DNA of 64,000 nucleotides from an uncultured Fibrobacteraceae bacterium (GTDB lineage Bacteria; Krumholzibacteriota; Krumholzibacteriia; LZORAL124-64-63): NCBI GenBank assembly GCA_964437115.1, contig CAYTFE010000005.1, positions 34,966 to 98,965 of the forward strand, read 5' to 3'. Shown piece by piece: positions 55,644 to 64,000 of this stretch (position 1 is its first letter; each line of letters starts with the position of its first letter). The notes under the pieces were generated by a model. It saw only the letters and a program-made list of their open reading frames with translations, ran no database searches and was not told where the DNA came from. The position numbers and the translations under genes were made by a program.

Positions 55644-57094
55644 GCTTTAACATCGTCGTTAAATTTCTCAATAGCCTCATCCCACGCTGTTGCACCAGCA
55701 TACATTTCTGGCCAGAAGTCGCGATCCCACAATTCACGCAACTCATCTACATCGCGCTGCTGTTGTTCAACCCATGTAAAATACTTGAAGTTGTGGAGCT
55801 GTTTCCTGTCATGGAATGAAAGCTCTCTGGAATTGTCGGTTGTACATCCTTGCAGGTCTGCAGCGATGTGACACAGGGCATCTTCATTGCTGTACTTGCC
55901 ATTTTCATTTTCAAGTTCAGTCAAACGTGAATTGTACATTTCGGCAGAGTCGGTAAGTGGCATGAAAATTACATCCCGGCCATCCATCTCATACCATTTT
56001 GCAGTTTTAATAGCTGAAAGCAGATTTGATATCGATGAGATACCCAGCAGGTTCAACTGTTTAATCAGGTCACTGGAAACGCCAGCTTTTTCAAGAGCCT
56101 TATGTCCGGCTTCTTCATTGAACAGACGCAACAGATTCATACACACCTGATCATCAATTGCGGTGACCAGGTCAGTATTGCGGACGTTGTGAATCCACGG
56201 CACATGCTTGTCGCCAATACCTTCAATCCTGTGCCCACCAAAACCGCAGCTCAGCAGGGTAGGGCATTGCAATGCTTCGCTTGCAGAGACAATTACATCG
56301 GGAGCAATAGTTTTCAGATAATCACCGGCTGCAATTGTGCCAGCAGAACCGGTTGCCGATACCCAACCAGAAAGTCTCTGCCCAGGTTTTTTCAATCTGT
56401 TGAATTGCTCTTCAACAATAGATGCTGTTACATGATAGTGCCATCTGGAGTTTCCCCACTCTTCAAACTGGTTGAAGACCATGCACTCCGGGCGGGTATG
56501 TTTAATTTCCCAGCATTTATCGTAAATCTCTTTAACATTAGATTCACAACCAGGGGTTGCAATTGTTTCCGATGCAACTTTACTCAACCAGTCAAAGCGT
56601 TCCTGACTCATTTCTTCAGGCAGGATTGCAATCGATTCACAACCAAGCAGAGCAGAATCAAATGCTCCACCACGGCAATAGTTTCCTGTCGATGGCCAGA
56701 CTGCTTTCTGTTTCGTCGGGTCAAAGCCGCCGGTAACGAGTTCAGGAACCAGGCAACCGAAAGCTGCGCCAACTTTATGCGCACCAGTTGGGAACCATCT
56801 GCCAACAATTCCAATAATTCTGGCATCAACACCGGTCAATTCCGATGGAAACTCAACAATATTGCCGTCATTGAAAAGACCTGTTTCAGGATTGTTTTTC
56901 CAGGTAATCCGATAAAGATTAAGTGGGTCAATTGCTGTTATATCAACGGCTTGAAGCTTTGATTTGATATCTTCGGGCACGAGCTCAGGATTTTTCTGCA
57001 TCGCAATTGTCGGAATCGTAATTCCTTTTTCACGACAGCGGATTACAGCATTTTCATAAGCTTCCCGGTTTTTAATATTCATCTTTTTCGACAA
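55640..57094 (-). CDS. Fold-type II PLP-dependent enzyme (cysteine synthase/threonine dehydratase-like)
   Basis: 'PTGAHKVGAA' (PLP Lys), 'STGNY', 'ATGSAGT', 'IEGIGD'. The substrate cannot be assigned. Confidence 0.85.
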   Translation of the reverse strand: MSKKMNIKNREAYENAVIRCREKGITIPTIAMQKNPELVPEDIKSKLQAVDITAIDPLNLYRITWKNNPETGLFNDGNIVEFPSELTGVDARIIGIVGRWFPTGAHKVGAAFGCLVPELVTGGFDPTKQKAVWPSTGNYCRGGAFDSALLGCESIAILPEEMSQERFDWLSKVASETIATPGCESNVKEIYDKCWEIKHTRPECMVFNQFEEWGNSRWHYHVTASIVEEQFNRLKKPGQRLSGWVSATGSAGTIAAGDYLKTIAPDVIVSASEALQCPTLLSCGFGGHRIEGIGDKHVPWIHNVRNTDLVTAIDDQVCMNLLRLFNEEAGHKALEKAGVSSDLIKQLNLLGISSISNLLSAIKTAKWYEMDGRDVIFMPLTDSAEMYNSRLTELENENGKYSNEDALCHIAADLQGCTTDNSRELSFHDRKQLHNFKYFTWVEQQQRDVDELRELWDRDFWPEMYAGATAWDEAIEKFNDDVKA

Positions 57095-57230
57095 GGCAGT
57101 TTCCTTTTTCTGTTCTGTGAATTAAGTTAATCAACAAGATTAGCAACTAAGCAATAGTCTGCCTTTAAAGAATGATTGTTTGTGACCAATAGGTCAACTC
57201 TCAACTGTCATGTTCGGAAGGAATTGTTTC

Positions 57231-59498
57231 ATGAGTATCGATACAACCGCATCAATGGTTCAAGCTGTTTACAATAACTCACGCGAGAAACTTGCTGTAA
57301 TTCGTGAACGATTGGGCAGACCCCTTACATTGACTGAAAAAGTTTTGCTGGGACACCTTGTTAATCCTGCTGAACAAGAGCTCGATAGAGGCGAAGCAAC
57401 TTTGGCGCTGCAACCTGATCGTGTTGCAATGCAAGATGCTACTGCACAGATGGCAATCCTGCAGTTTATGCAGGCAGGCAAAGATGAGACTGCAGTCCCT
57501 ACTACAGTTCACTGTGATCATCTGTTGCAGGCTCATAAAGGTGCGGCATCGGATAAAGCAACAGCTCTGGATGTAAACAGTGAAGTTTATAATTTTCTTG
57601 GCTCTGCTTCTGCCAGATACAACATGGGGTTCTGGAAACCAGGCTCAGGAATTATTCACCAGATTGTACTGGAGAATTATGCGTTTCCTGGCGGCTTGAT
57701 TATCGGCACCGACAGTCACACACCAAATGGTGGTGGACTGGGTATGGCTGCCTGCGGTGTCGGTGGGGCAGATGCTGTTGATGTGATGGTTGGGCTGCCG
57801 TGGGAAGTGAAACACCCAAAAATTATCGGTGTGAAACTGACTGGTCATCTTTCAGGTTGGGCTGCGCCAAAAGATGTAATCCTGAAACTACTTGGTGTGT
57901 TGAGTTGTAAAGGTGGAACCAATGCAGTTATTGAATATTTCGGCCCTGGAACTGCGTCTTTGAGTTGTACCGGTAAAGCTACTATCACCAACATGGGTGC
58001 AGAGCTTGGTGCAACGACTTCAATTTTCCCATTTGATAACAGAATGGCAGTTTACCTGAAAGCTACTGGCAGAGAAGATTTGGCTGACCTGGCACTCGAA
58101 AATGCTGATCTGCTTACTGCCGATGTTGAAGTAATGGGTGATCCAGCTGAGTACTATGATCAGGTTATAGAGATCAATCTTAGTGAACTTGAGTCTCATC
58201 TTGTTGGGCCACACTCACCAGATATTGCGCATCCGTTGAGCAACATGGCTGACGATTGCGCCAAAGATGATTATCCAACCAACATCACAGCAGCGCTTGT
58301 TGGAAGTTGTACCAACAGCTCTTATGAAGACATTTGTCGTGCAACCGATGTTGCGAAGCAGGCCATTGCCAATAATCTGAAAATGAAAGCTACACTCTGG
58401 ATTTCTCCAGGTAGTGAACTTATATATGAAACAATCAAGCGCGATGGCCAACTGGAAATTCTTGAACAGGTTGGTGCTACTGTTCTGACAAATGCATGTG
58501 GTCCATGTATCGGTCAGTGGAAACGTGAAGATGTGCCGATGGGTGTTCGCAACAGCATTGTAACTTCTTTCAATCGTAATTTCCGTAAACGTGCTGATGG
58601 TAATCCTGATACTCATGCATTTATCGGTAGTCCTGAAACTGTTATGGCGTATGGCTTGAGTGGTCGTCTTGACTGGAACCCACAAACTGACACACTGACT
58701 AATGAAGCTGGTGAAGAAGTCAGACTGGTTGCTCCTAAACCAGCTGATGAACTGCCACCTGAAGGATTTGCATCTGCATCCGATGGATATCAAACACCAC
58801 CAGAAGACAACTCTGCAGTTGAAGTTGTTGTTAGCCCTGACAGTGAGCGTCTGGCACTTCTTGAGCCATTCAGTTCCTGGGATGGTAACAATTATGAAAA
58901 ACTGCCTCTGCTTATCAAGGCACTTGGCAAATGTACAACTGATCATATTTCAATGGCCGGTCCATGGCTCAAATTCCGTGGTCACCTCGATAACATCAGT
59001 AACAACATGTTGATCGGTGCAGAAAATGCATTCACTTCGGAAATCAACTCGGTTAAAAACCTGAACTCAGGTGAGTACGGTGAAGTACCACAGGTTGCCA
59101 GAAGCTACAAGGCTGACGGATTGCGCTGGGTTGTAGTTGGCGATGAAAACTATGGTGAAGGTTCAAGTCGCGAACATGCAGCTATGTGCCCAAGACATCT
59201 TGGTGCAGCAGCAGTTATTGTCCGCAGCTTTGCCAGAATCCATGAGACAAACCTCAAGAAGCAAGGTATACTGCCATTGACGTTTGTATCGGTTGCAGAT
59301 TATGACAAAGTCAAAGAGGACGACAGGATTTCAATCAGCGGTCTTGCAGATTTTGCTCCTGGAGCAGATTTGACTGTCACTTTGCATCACGCAGATCAAA
59401 GCGAAGAATCATTTGCTGCAGCTCACACATTGACCGGTGAACAGATTGACTGGTTCAAAGCGGGTTCGGCATTGAATAAAATAAAAGCTGGCAACTAG
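57231..59498 (+). CDS. acnA: Aconitate hydratase (mitochondrial-type AcnA)
   Basis: '[13 protein letters not shown]', 'HCDH', 'GTDSHT', 'GSCTNSSY', '[10 protein letters not shown]', '[10 protein letters not shown]'; start taken at ATG 57231. Confidence 0.95.
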   Translation: MSIDTTASMVQAVYNNSREKLAVIRERLGRPLTLTEKVLLGHLVNPAEQELDRGEATLALQPDRVAMQDATAQMAILQFMQAGKDETAVPTTVHCDHLLQAHKGAASDKATALDVNSEVYNFLGSASARYNMGFWKPGSGIIHQIVLENYAFPGGLIIGTDSHTPNGGGLGMAACGVGGADAVDVMVGLPWEVKHPKIIGVKLTGHLSGWAAPKDVILKLLGVLSCKGGTNAVIEYFGPGTASLSCTGKATITNMGAELGATTSIFPFDNRMAVYLKATGREDLADLALENADLLTADVEVMGDPAEYYDQVIEINLSELESHLVGPHSPDIAHPLSNMADDCAKDDYPTNITAALVGSCTNSSYEDICRATDVAKQAIANNLKMKATLWISPGSELIYETIKRDGQLEILEQVGATVLTNACGPCIGQWKREDVPMGVRNSIVTSFNRNFRKRADGNPDTHAFIGSPETVMAYGLSGRLDWNPQTDTLTNEAGEEVRLVAPKPADELPPEGFASASDGYQTPPEDNSAVEVVVSPDSERLALLEPFSSWDGNNYEKLPLLIKALGKCTTDHISMAGPWLKFRGHLDNISNNMLIGAENAFTSEINSVKNLNSGEYGEVPQVARSYKADGLRWVVVGDENYGEGSSREHAAMCPRHLGAAAVIVRSFARIHETNLKKQGILPLTFVSVADYDKVKEDDRISISGLADFAPGADLTVTLHHADQSEESFAAAHTLTGEQIDWFKAGSALNKIKAGN

Positions 59499-59513
59499 CT
59501 GGCAGGTTTGCAA

Positions 59514-59545
59514 CCCTGGTCCGATTACCGGGCCAGGGTGTTTTT
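59514..59545 (+). terminator. Intrinsic terminator after aconitase
   Basis: CCCTGGTCCG-ATTAC-CGGGCCAGGG followed by TGTTTTT. Confidence 0.7.
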
Positions 59546-59560
59546 ATGGAGGATATTGGC

Positions 59561-60868
59561 ATGGCTATTAATTGGGAAGACATTCGATACCGGGGAGACG
59601 ATGAAGCTGTAAAAGAGCTTTATGAAACCTACAAGGTTGAGAATTATCTGGTAGCTTTTGAAGATAATTTAAAGCAGCAAAATCGCGGTATGCGCGAGCG
59701 ACTTTTAAAGCACGGTATTCGTCTGACAGAAAAACTTTCCCCAAGAATTTTCGGACTTTTCAAAGATGTCTGCATAGCTCTTGAAATTGAGAGTGAAGCT
59801 GAAATCTTTTGCCTGCCTGATCCGGGAATCAATGCCTTTGCCATGGTCGATACAACAAAAAAAGGTACTCGGTCACTCATAGGACTAACTTCCGGTGCCC
59901 TTGAGCAACTTGACGATGGTGAAATCAGAGCAATTCTTGGTCATGAACTTGGACATTTCCTTTTTAATCACAACAGGCTGAATGCATTGCTCACAATGGA
60001 TGAAAATAATCCTGCAATGACAGTGTTGCCTCCGTTTGGTGAGTCGCTGTTTTTGCGCTGGCGCAAGAAAGCAGAAATTTCTGCCGATCGTGCAGGGCTG
60101 CTTGCCAGTAAAGATTTTCATGCAACGGCAAGATCACTTCTGAAAGCAACATTCGGATTGAGTGAGAAAAACCTGAATCTCGAAATCGATGCACTTGCAG
60201 AACAGATCGACGAAATCACAGGTTCCGCTGAAATGGTAGAAGAAGCATTTTCAACTCATCCTTTGTTGCCAATCAGACTCAAAGCACTGGAGCTTTTCTG
60301 GAATAGTGAACGTGCAACCAGAAATAACTGCAAAGGTGGTAGCAAGTCACTTAGTGATGAAGAACTTGAAAGCCATGTTGATGAGTTGATTGCATTAACG
60401 CGCAGACATCCAACAACTCCATTGTCAGTAGCAGTTATGGAAATGATTGCCTACGGTGGGGCATTGATGCTTTCAAGGGATGGCGATATTGGCGATGATG
60501 AAATCAAACTTCTGATTCAAATGCTCCATGAAATGTTTACCGATGACCCGGAATCTGTAATGATTACAGACATGAAGGAAATCGACAAACGACTCCATGA
60601 AGTTGCTGCTGTTATCAAGGAAGAGGGTGGCGAGGGAGATAAAGCATTCCTTTTGGCTCGCTTTGCAGAAATTGCTCTTGCCGATGGCGCCTTGATGGAC
60701 GAAGAAGGTAAAGTAATTACCGCACTGGCTGGAATGCTTGATGTGTCACCTGAAAAAGCTTACGGTATCATCGTCAGCACAGCCCAGTCCGAAGGATTCA
60801 AAAGAGATGTTAAATTGAACACTCTAGCTGCAAAAATGAAAGACGACCTGTTGAAAGGCAGAAGATGA
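59561..60868 (+). CDS. M48 family metallopeptidase with C-terminal TerB-like domain
   Basis: 'INAFA', HELGH, 'AEISADRAG', 'THP'; C-terminal 'SRDGDIGDDE...ALADGALMDEE' TerB-like; start taken at ATG 59561. Confidence 0.82.
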   Translation: MAINWEDIRYRGDDEAVKELYETYKVENYLVAFEDNLKQQNRGMRERLLKHGIRLTEKLSPRIFGLFKDVCIALEIESEAEIFCLPDPGINAFAMVDTTKKGTRSLIGLTSGALEQLDDGEIRAILGHELGHFLFNHNRLNALLTMDENNPAMTVLPPFGESLFLRWRKKAEISADRAGLLASKDFHATARSLLKATFGLSEKNLNLEIDALAEQIDEITGSAEMVEEAFSTHPLLPIRLKALELFWNSERATRNNCKGGSKSLSDEELESHVDELIALTRRHPTTPLSVAVMEMIAYGGALMLSRDGDIGDDEIKLLIQMLHEMFTDDPESVMITDMKEIDKRLHEVAAVIKEEGGEGDKAFLLARFAEIALADGALMDEEGKVITALAGMLDVSPEKAYGIIVSTAQSEGFKRDVKLNTLAAKMKDDLLKGRR

Positions 60869-61197
60869 TCGGCAAAATAGTACATTGGCTGGCTCGCCTG
60901 ACAGCAGCCCTGATGATAGCTTTATTTCTATTGTTCTTTATTGGCGAGGGTGGTTTCTGTGTTTTGAAACTTACTTTTCGCGAAGTTTTTGTGATGCTGT
61001 CTATGTTGACAATAGTCTACGGTCTTGCAGAAGGATGGAAAAGTGAGAAACTTGGAGGGTTATTAACCATTGTTGGTCTGATAGCATTCTATATTTTTAA
61101 TAAAATATTCAATGGCAACTGGCCAGATGGCCCATGGTTTGTGTTCATGGTATTTCCGGCTGTTTTGTACCTGATAAGCTGGCGGTTAAACAAATGA
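60865..61197 (+). CDS. Small membrane protein, four hydrophobic segments
   Basis: Overlaps both neighbours by 4 nt. Confidence 0.7.
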   Translation: MIGKIVHWLARLTAALMIALFLLFFIGEGGFCVLKLTFREVFVMLSMLTIVYGLAEGWKSEKLGGLLTIVGLIAFYIFNKIFNGNWPDGPWFVFMVFPAVLYLISWRLNK

Positions 61198-61730
61198 TTT
61201 CAGCAAAAGACGCTCTGCAAAAACTTGTCGATGGCAATCAGAGATATGTAACAGGAGACAACAGTTTACACACTCATAAAAACGATCTGGTAGATGGCCA
61301 AAAACCGTTTGCTGTTGTTTTGGGCTGTTCAGATTCCAGAGTTGCTCCTGAAATTATTTTTGACCAGGGTGCAGGAGAACTGTTTGTAGTTAGAGTGGCA
61401 GGTAACATTGCAGGACCGCTTGAGCAGGGCAGTATTGAATATGCAGTTAAGCATCTTGGTGTTCAGCTTGTTGTTGTGATTGGTCACACTGGCTGTGGGG
61501 CTGTAAACTCAGCATTGGGCGAGCTTGAAAAGCCATCGCAAAATCTGTCTCATGGACTGAAAAGTATTGTTGAAAGCATAAAGCCGTCATTAATTGCAAC
61601 AGACCTCAATGTTAATGAAGCGATCCGTGAAAATGTCAGAACGTCAGTGAAAAATTTGGAATTTGAAGGTGATGTCCAGGTTGTTGGTGCCGAGTTCTGT
61701 CTGGAATCCGGAGCAGTAACTTTTTTATAA
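61194..61730 (+). CDS. Beta-class carbonic anhydrase
   Basis: Start ATG 61194; 'GCSDSRV', 'RVAGN', 'GHTGCGAV'. Confidence 0.93.
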   Translation: MISAKDALQKLVDGNQRYVTGDNSLHTHKNDLVDGQKPFAVVLGCSDSRVAPEIIFDQGAGELFVVRVAGNIAGPLEQGSIEYAVKHLGVQLVVVIGHTGCGAVNSALGELEKPSQNLSHGLKSIVESIKPSLIATDLNVNEAIRENVRTSVKNLEFEGDVQVVGAEFCLESGAVTFL

Positions 61731-61783
61731 AAATCGGGTCCATCTTTAAGACGGGCCCTTTATCTACCTGTATTTAAAGGTTA

Positions 61784-62231
61784 TTAGAATACCTATTTAC
61801 CCATGAGCTGAATAGCATTGTCTTCTTTTCCATCGATGCCATACATGTTTTTCCAGTATTGATATTCGATACCAGCGTAGTACTGTCCACCTTTATCCAT
61901 CAGGCCACCAAAGTCCAACAGCAGTTGAGGTTAAGCAATAATCATTGCTTCGCCTTCACCTTCGCCAGTTGAATAGTCCAGGAAGCCATTGAACTCAAGG
62001 TTCATAGTGCCAAGAGTAATATAAGTATGCACGGTCACCATATTCCCAGCCACTTGCATGTTCAAGTGTCATGATTTAAGCATCGTATAGTACTTCTTCA
62101 TCAGAGGAAGGCACCAGGTAATCAGTACCTTTAAGGTAAGAAAAAGATGTTGAAGACCAGATTGCTGCTGAGCTAGCGCTTGCAAAGAACATTATTGCAA
62201 GAACAATCAGCATTACTTTTGCGAGTTTCAT
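61784..62231 (-). pseudogene. Tsx/OmpK-like outer-membrane channel pseudogene
   Basis: Signal peptide, 'WSSTSFSYLKG', 'TLEHASGWEYGD', 'LEFNGFLDY', 'PQLLLD', 'GIEYQYWKN'; three in-frame stops plus a frameshifting internal deletion. Confidence 0.8.
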
Positions 62232-62331
62232 GAGTGACACCGTTCGTTAAAAAGGTAATTAATCAGGCTGAACATCTTTACTCAATCAAATAAATGGAGT
62301 TTTGGTAACAGGAATTTTGTTAAATTACAGA

Positions 62332-62538
62332 TTAGAAGTTAATATCCTGCTCTTTTTTACTAGCGTCATCATAATGTTGTTGAACAAGTTTATGAACTTC
62401 GGTGTTGGATAATTTGTCAGCCCAAGCGAGTCGTTGCTCCCATTGCAAACGTCGGACTTCCTTAAATGGACAGTTTAAAGTTTCACTATCATACGGGCAT
62501 TTTTGCAGGAGACCTGCCAATATTGTTCTTTGATACAT
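62332..62538 (-). CDS. Small hypothetical protein with CP...CP motif
   Basis: 68 aa, 'KCPYDSETLNCPFKEVR'. Confidence 0.5.
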   Translation of the reverse strand: MYQRTILAGLLQKCPYDSETLNCPFKEVRRLQWEQRLAWADKLSNTEVHKLVQQHYDDASKKEQDINF

Positions 62539-62607
62539 TCTATCTTCCTCAAGTTATCGGGCGAGGATAATATATCACACTCTACCATAAATACAAAAAT
62601 TTGCAAT

Positions 62608-63030
62608 CTATTCTTTGTCAGGATCAAACTTTCTTTTTTTCTTTTTATCTGATTGTTTCTTTTTTTCATCGAGTCTTTTTTGATGTGAAGCTTTTGAACG
62701 CTTTTTCGGTTTTCTCTTTTTAGGCTCAACTGCAGCTTTTTTGATTAGCTCAATCAGTCTGTTAAGAGCGTTCTCCTTGTTGCGTTCCTGAGTGCGTTGA
62801 TCCTGTGCTTTGATAACTATGCAATTTTCTTTATTCAGTTTACTGCCAGCTAATGTTACCAACCGAGCACGCATCGCATCAGTCATGTTTTCAATTTTAT
62901 CGATATCAAAGTGAATCTGAATTGCAGTTGAAACCTTGTTTACATTTTGTCCACCGGGACCGGCTGATCGGACGGCATTATACTCAATATCATTTTCATC
63001 AACTGAAATTTTATCAGTTATCTCAATCAT
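62608..63030 (-). CDS. arfB: Alternative ribosome rescue peptidyl-tRNA hydrolase ArfB
   Basis: 'SAGPGGQNVNKVS', 'RTQERNKENAL', basic C-terminal tail. Confidence 0.95.
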   Translation of the reverse strand: MIEITDKISVDENDIEYNAVRSAGPGGQNVNKVSTAIQIHFDIDKIENMTDAMRARLVTLAGSKLNKENCIVIKAQDQRTQERNKENALNRLIELIKKAAVEPKKRKPKKRSKASHQKRLDEKKKQSDKKKKRKFDPDKE

Positions 63031-63821
63031 TTTGATCTCTGTCGTCTCGCTTCATACATCATCAGCGCCGATGAAACGCTGACATTCAAAGAATCCGCAA
63101 CTCCTGCCATCGGTATACGAACTTTTTGGTCAGCACTGTTTAACCAATCAATATCAAGCCCAATATCTTCTGCGCCCATTATCAAGGCAGTTCCTTTTTT
63201 CATATCTAAATCCGTATAAACAATGTCTGTATCTGGAGTAGTTGCTACAATATTGATGCTATTTTGTTTCAGAAACTCTCTGATTGTCTTGGCATTATCT
63301 TGAATTATTGGGATTTCAAAAAAAGCACCAGTTGAAGATCTAAGGGTGTTAGGGTTGAACAGATCTGTTCCGTTATCGCTAAGTAGAACAGCATCAACTC
63401 CAGCTCCAGATGCAGTTCTAAGCACAGCGCCAAGGTTGCCAGGTTTTTCAACACTATCTAAAACAACAACCAATGGGTTTTCAGGAAGCTGCAAGTCCTC
63501 AAGTGTTAGAAATTTTTGTTTTGCAATTATTAACAGACCGCCAGCTTTGTTTCTGTAAGCAATTCTGTCCATTGCTCTTTCAGAAAGTTCAAGTTGGTCA
63601 CACTCAAAAGCTCGTAAGTCAGCAAGTAACATTCTGTCGGAGGAGATCATTTTCTCTGGGCACCAGCAGACAGTTTCTGGAGTCCAGCCAGTTTTTATGG
63701 CTCGTTTAATTACTCTGGATTCTTCAATGATGAAAAGTTGAGTTGCATCACGATGTTTTCTGTCTCGTAGTTTTGCAATCTCTTTTAATCTTGGGTTCTG
63801 TGGGCTATCTATTTGTAACAT
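63027..63821 (-). CDS. TrmH/SpoU family RNA methyltransferase
   Basis: 'EKPGNLGAVLRTA', 'MGAEDIG', 'IPMAGVADSLNVS'. Confidence 0.93.
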   Translation of the reverse strand: MLQIDSPQNPRLKEIAKLRDRKHRDATQLFIIEESRVIKRAIKTGWTPETVCWCPEKMISSDRMLLADLRAFECDQLELSERAMDRIAYRNKAGGLLIIAKQKFLTLEDLQLPENPLVVVLDSVEKPGNLGAVLRTASGAGVDAVLLSDNGTDLFNPNTLRSSTGAFFEIPIIQDNAKTIREFLKQNSINIVATTPDTDIVYTDLDMKKGTALIMGAEDIGLDIDWLNSADQKVRIPMAGVADSLNVSVSSALMMYEARRQRSK

Positions 63822-64000
63822 TATTTTCCTAGTTTTATTTTAGCATTATCTGGAATTGGAATAACTTTTCTGTTTTCATAATCAAAACAGATCATCCCAT
63901 TTTCAACAAGCGCAACTGGTGAGTTATCAGATTTTGTAACTCTGTAGTTAAGTCTAAATCCGCATCGTGTAATTTCAGAGCAACCTATTTCAATTTTGAG
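63821..64000 (-). CDS. Acyl-CoA thioesterase (4HBT/YbgC-like), 5' partial
   Basis: Open from the window edge: LKIEIGCSEITRCGFRLNYRV...ENGMICFDYENRKVIPIP...K*; the stop overlaps the TrmH ATG. Confidence 0.75.
   Translation of the reverse strand, partial: LKIEIGCSEITRCGFRLNYRVTKSDNSPVALVENGMICFDYENRKVIPIPDNAKIKLGK

Noticed and set aside
56102-56962. 286-aa plus-strand ORF
   Set aside because: It lies wholly antisense to the well-supported PLP enzyme, has no motifs, and is a typical shadow ORF.
57183-57196. TGACC-AATA-GGTCA palindrome upstream of aconitase
   Set aside because: The arms are only 5 bp, so it could easily be chance. It cannot be supported without comparative data.
58215-58946. 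243-aa minus-strand ORF
   Set aside because: Antisense shadow of aconitase.
61736-61758. GC-rich hairpin after carbonic anhydrase
   Set aside because: It has mismatches on both strands and a weak T tract. It is possibly a terminator but too weak to call.
1-64000. CRISPR array, tRNA/rRNA, riboswitch, IS transposase or integrase
   Set aside because: I saw no regularly spaced repeats, cloverleaf or rRNA signatures, or DDE/tyrosine/serine recombinase motifs by eye. An Infernal/Rfam scan was not run.

Overview
About 60 coding or pseudogene loci from a diderm bacterium. The lineage is inferred as FCB-group-like (Krumholzibacteriota/Latescibacterota/Fermentibacterota-type) because of the many FlgD-Ig/T9SS-like C-terminal domains (CTDs) and short TSxGxxKxLFR tails. 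I found no rRNA, tRNA, CRISPR array or transposase. The left and middle of the window are dominated by secreted peptidases and surface proteins (S9, C1, two C25, two S8, CotH, two beta-helix proteins); eight intact genes and one relic carry a CTD. The most striking locus is a tightly coupled 9-gene operon (17387-30722). It joins a beta-helix protein and a gingipain/PorU-family C25 protein to poly-gamma-glutamate synthase genes (pgsB, pgsC, pgsW, with no capA/capD/capE), then a duplicated beta-sandwich protein, a poly-Lys-tipped outer-membrane barrel, an LVIVD-Fn3-FGE lipoprotein and a DUF1624 acyltransferase. A second C25 gene is divergent from this operon, and both C25 proteins have Arg where the catalytic His should be. 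Other notable items: a permease-less SBP/HypB-like GTPase/ABC-ATPase triad behind a perfect palindrome; an AT-rich block with a degenerate subtilase and three tandem paralogs sharing a short C-terminal tail; a HupE/UreJ fusion; a plasticity zone (44.7-47.8 kb) with an HNH gene, a frameshifted gene and a signal-peptide/CTD relic joined to a YciI fragment; and a Tsx/OmpK porin pseudogene. The right third is mostly housekeeping. All family calls come from motif recognition by eye; no database searches were run.
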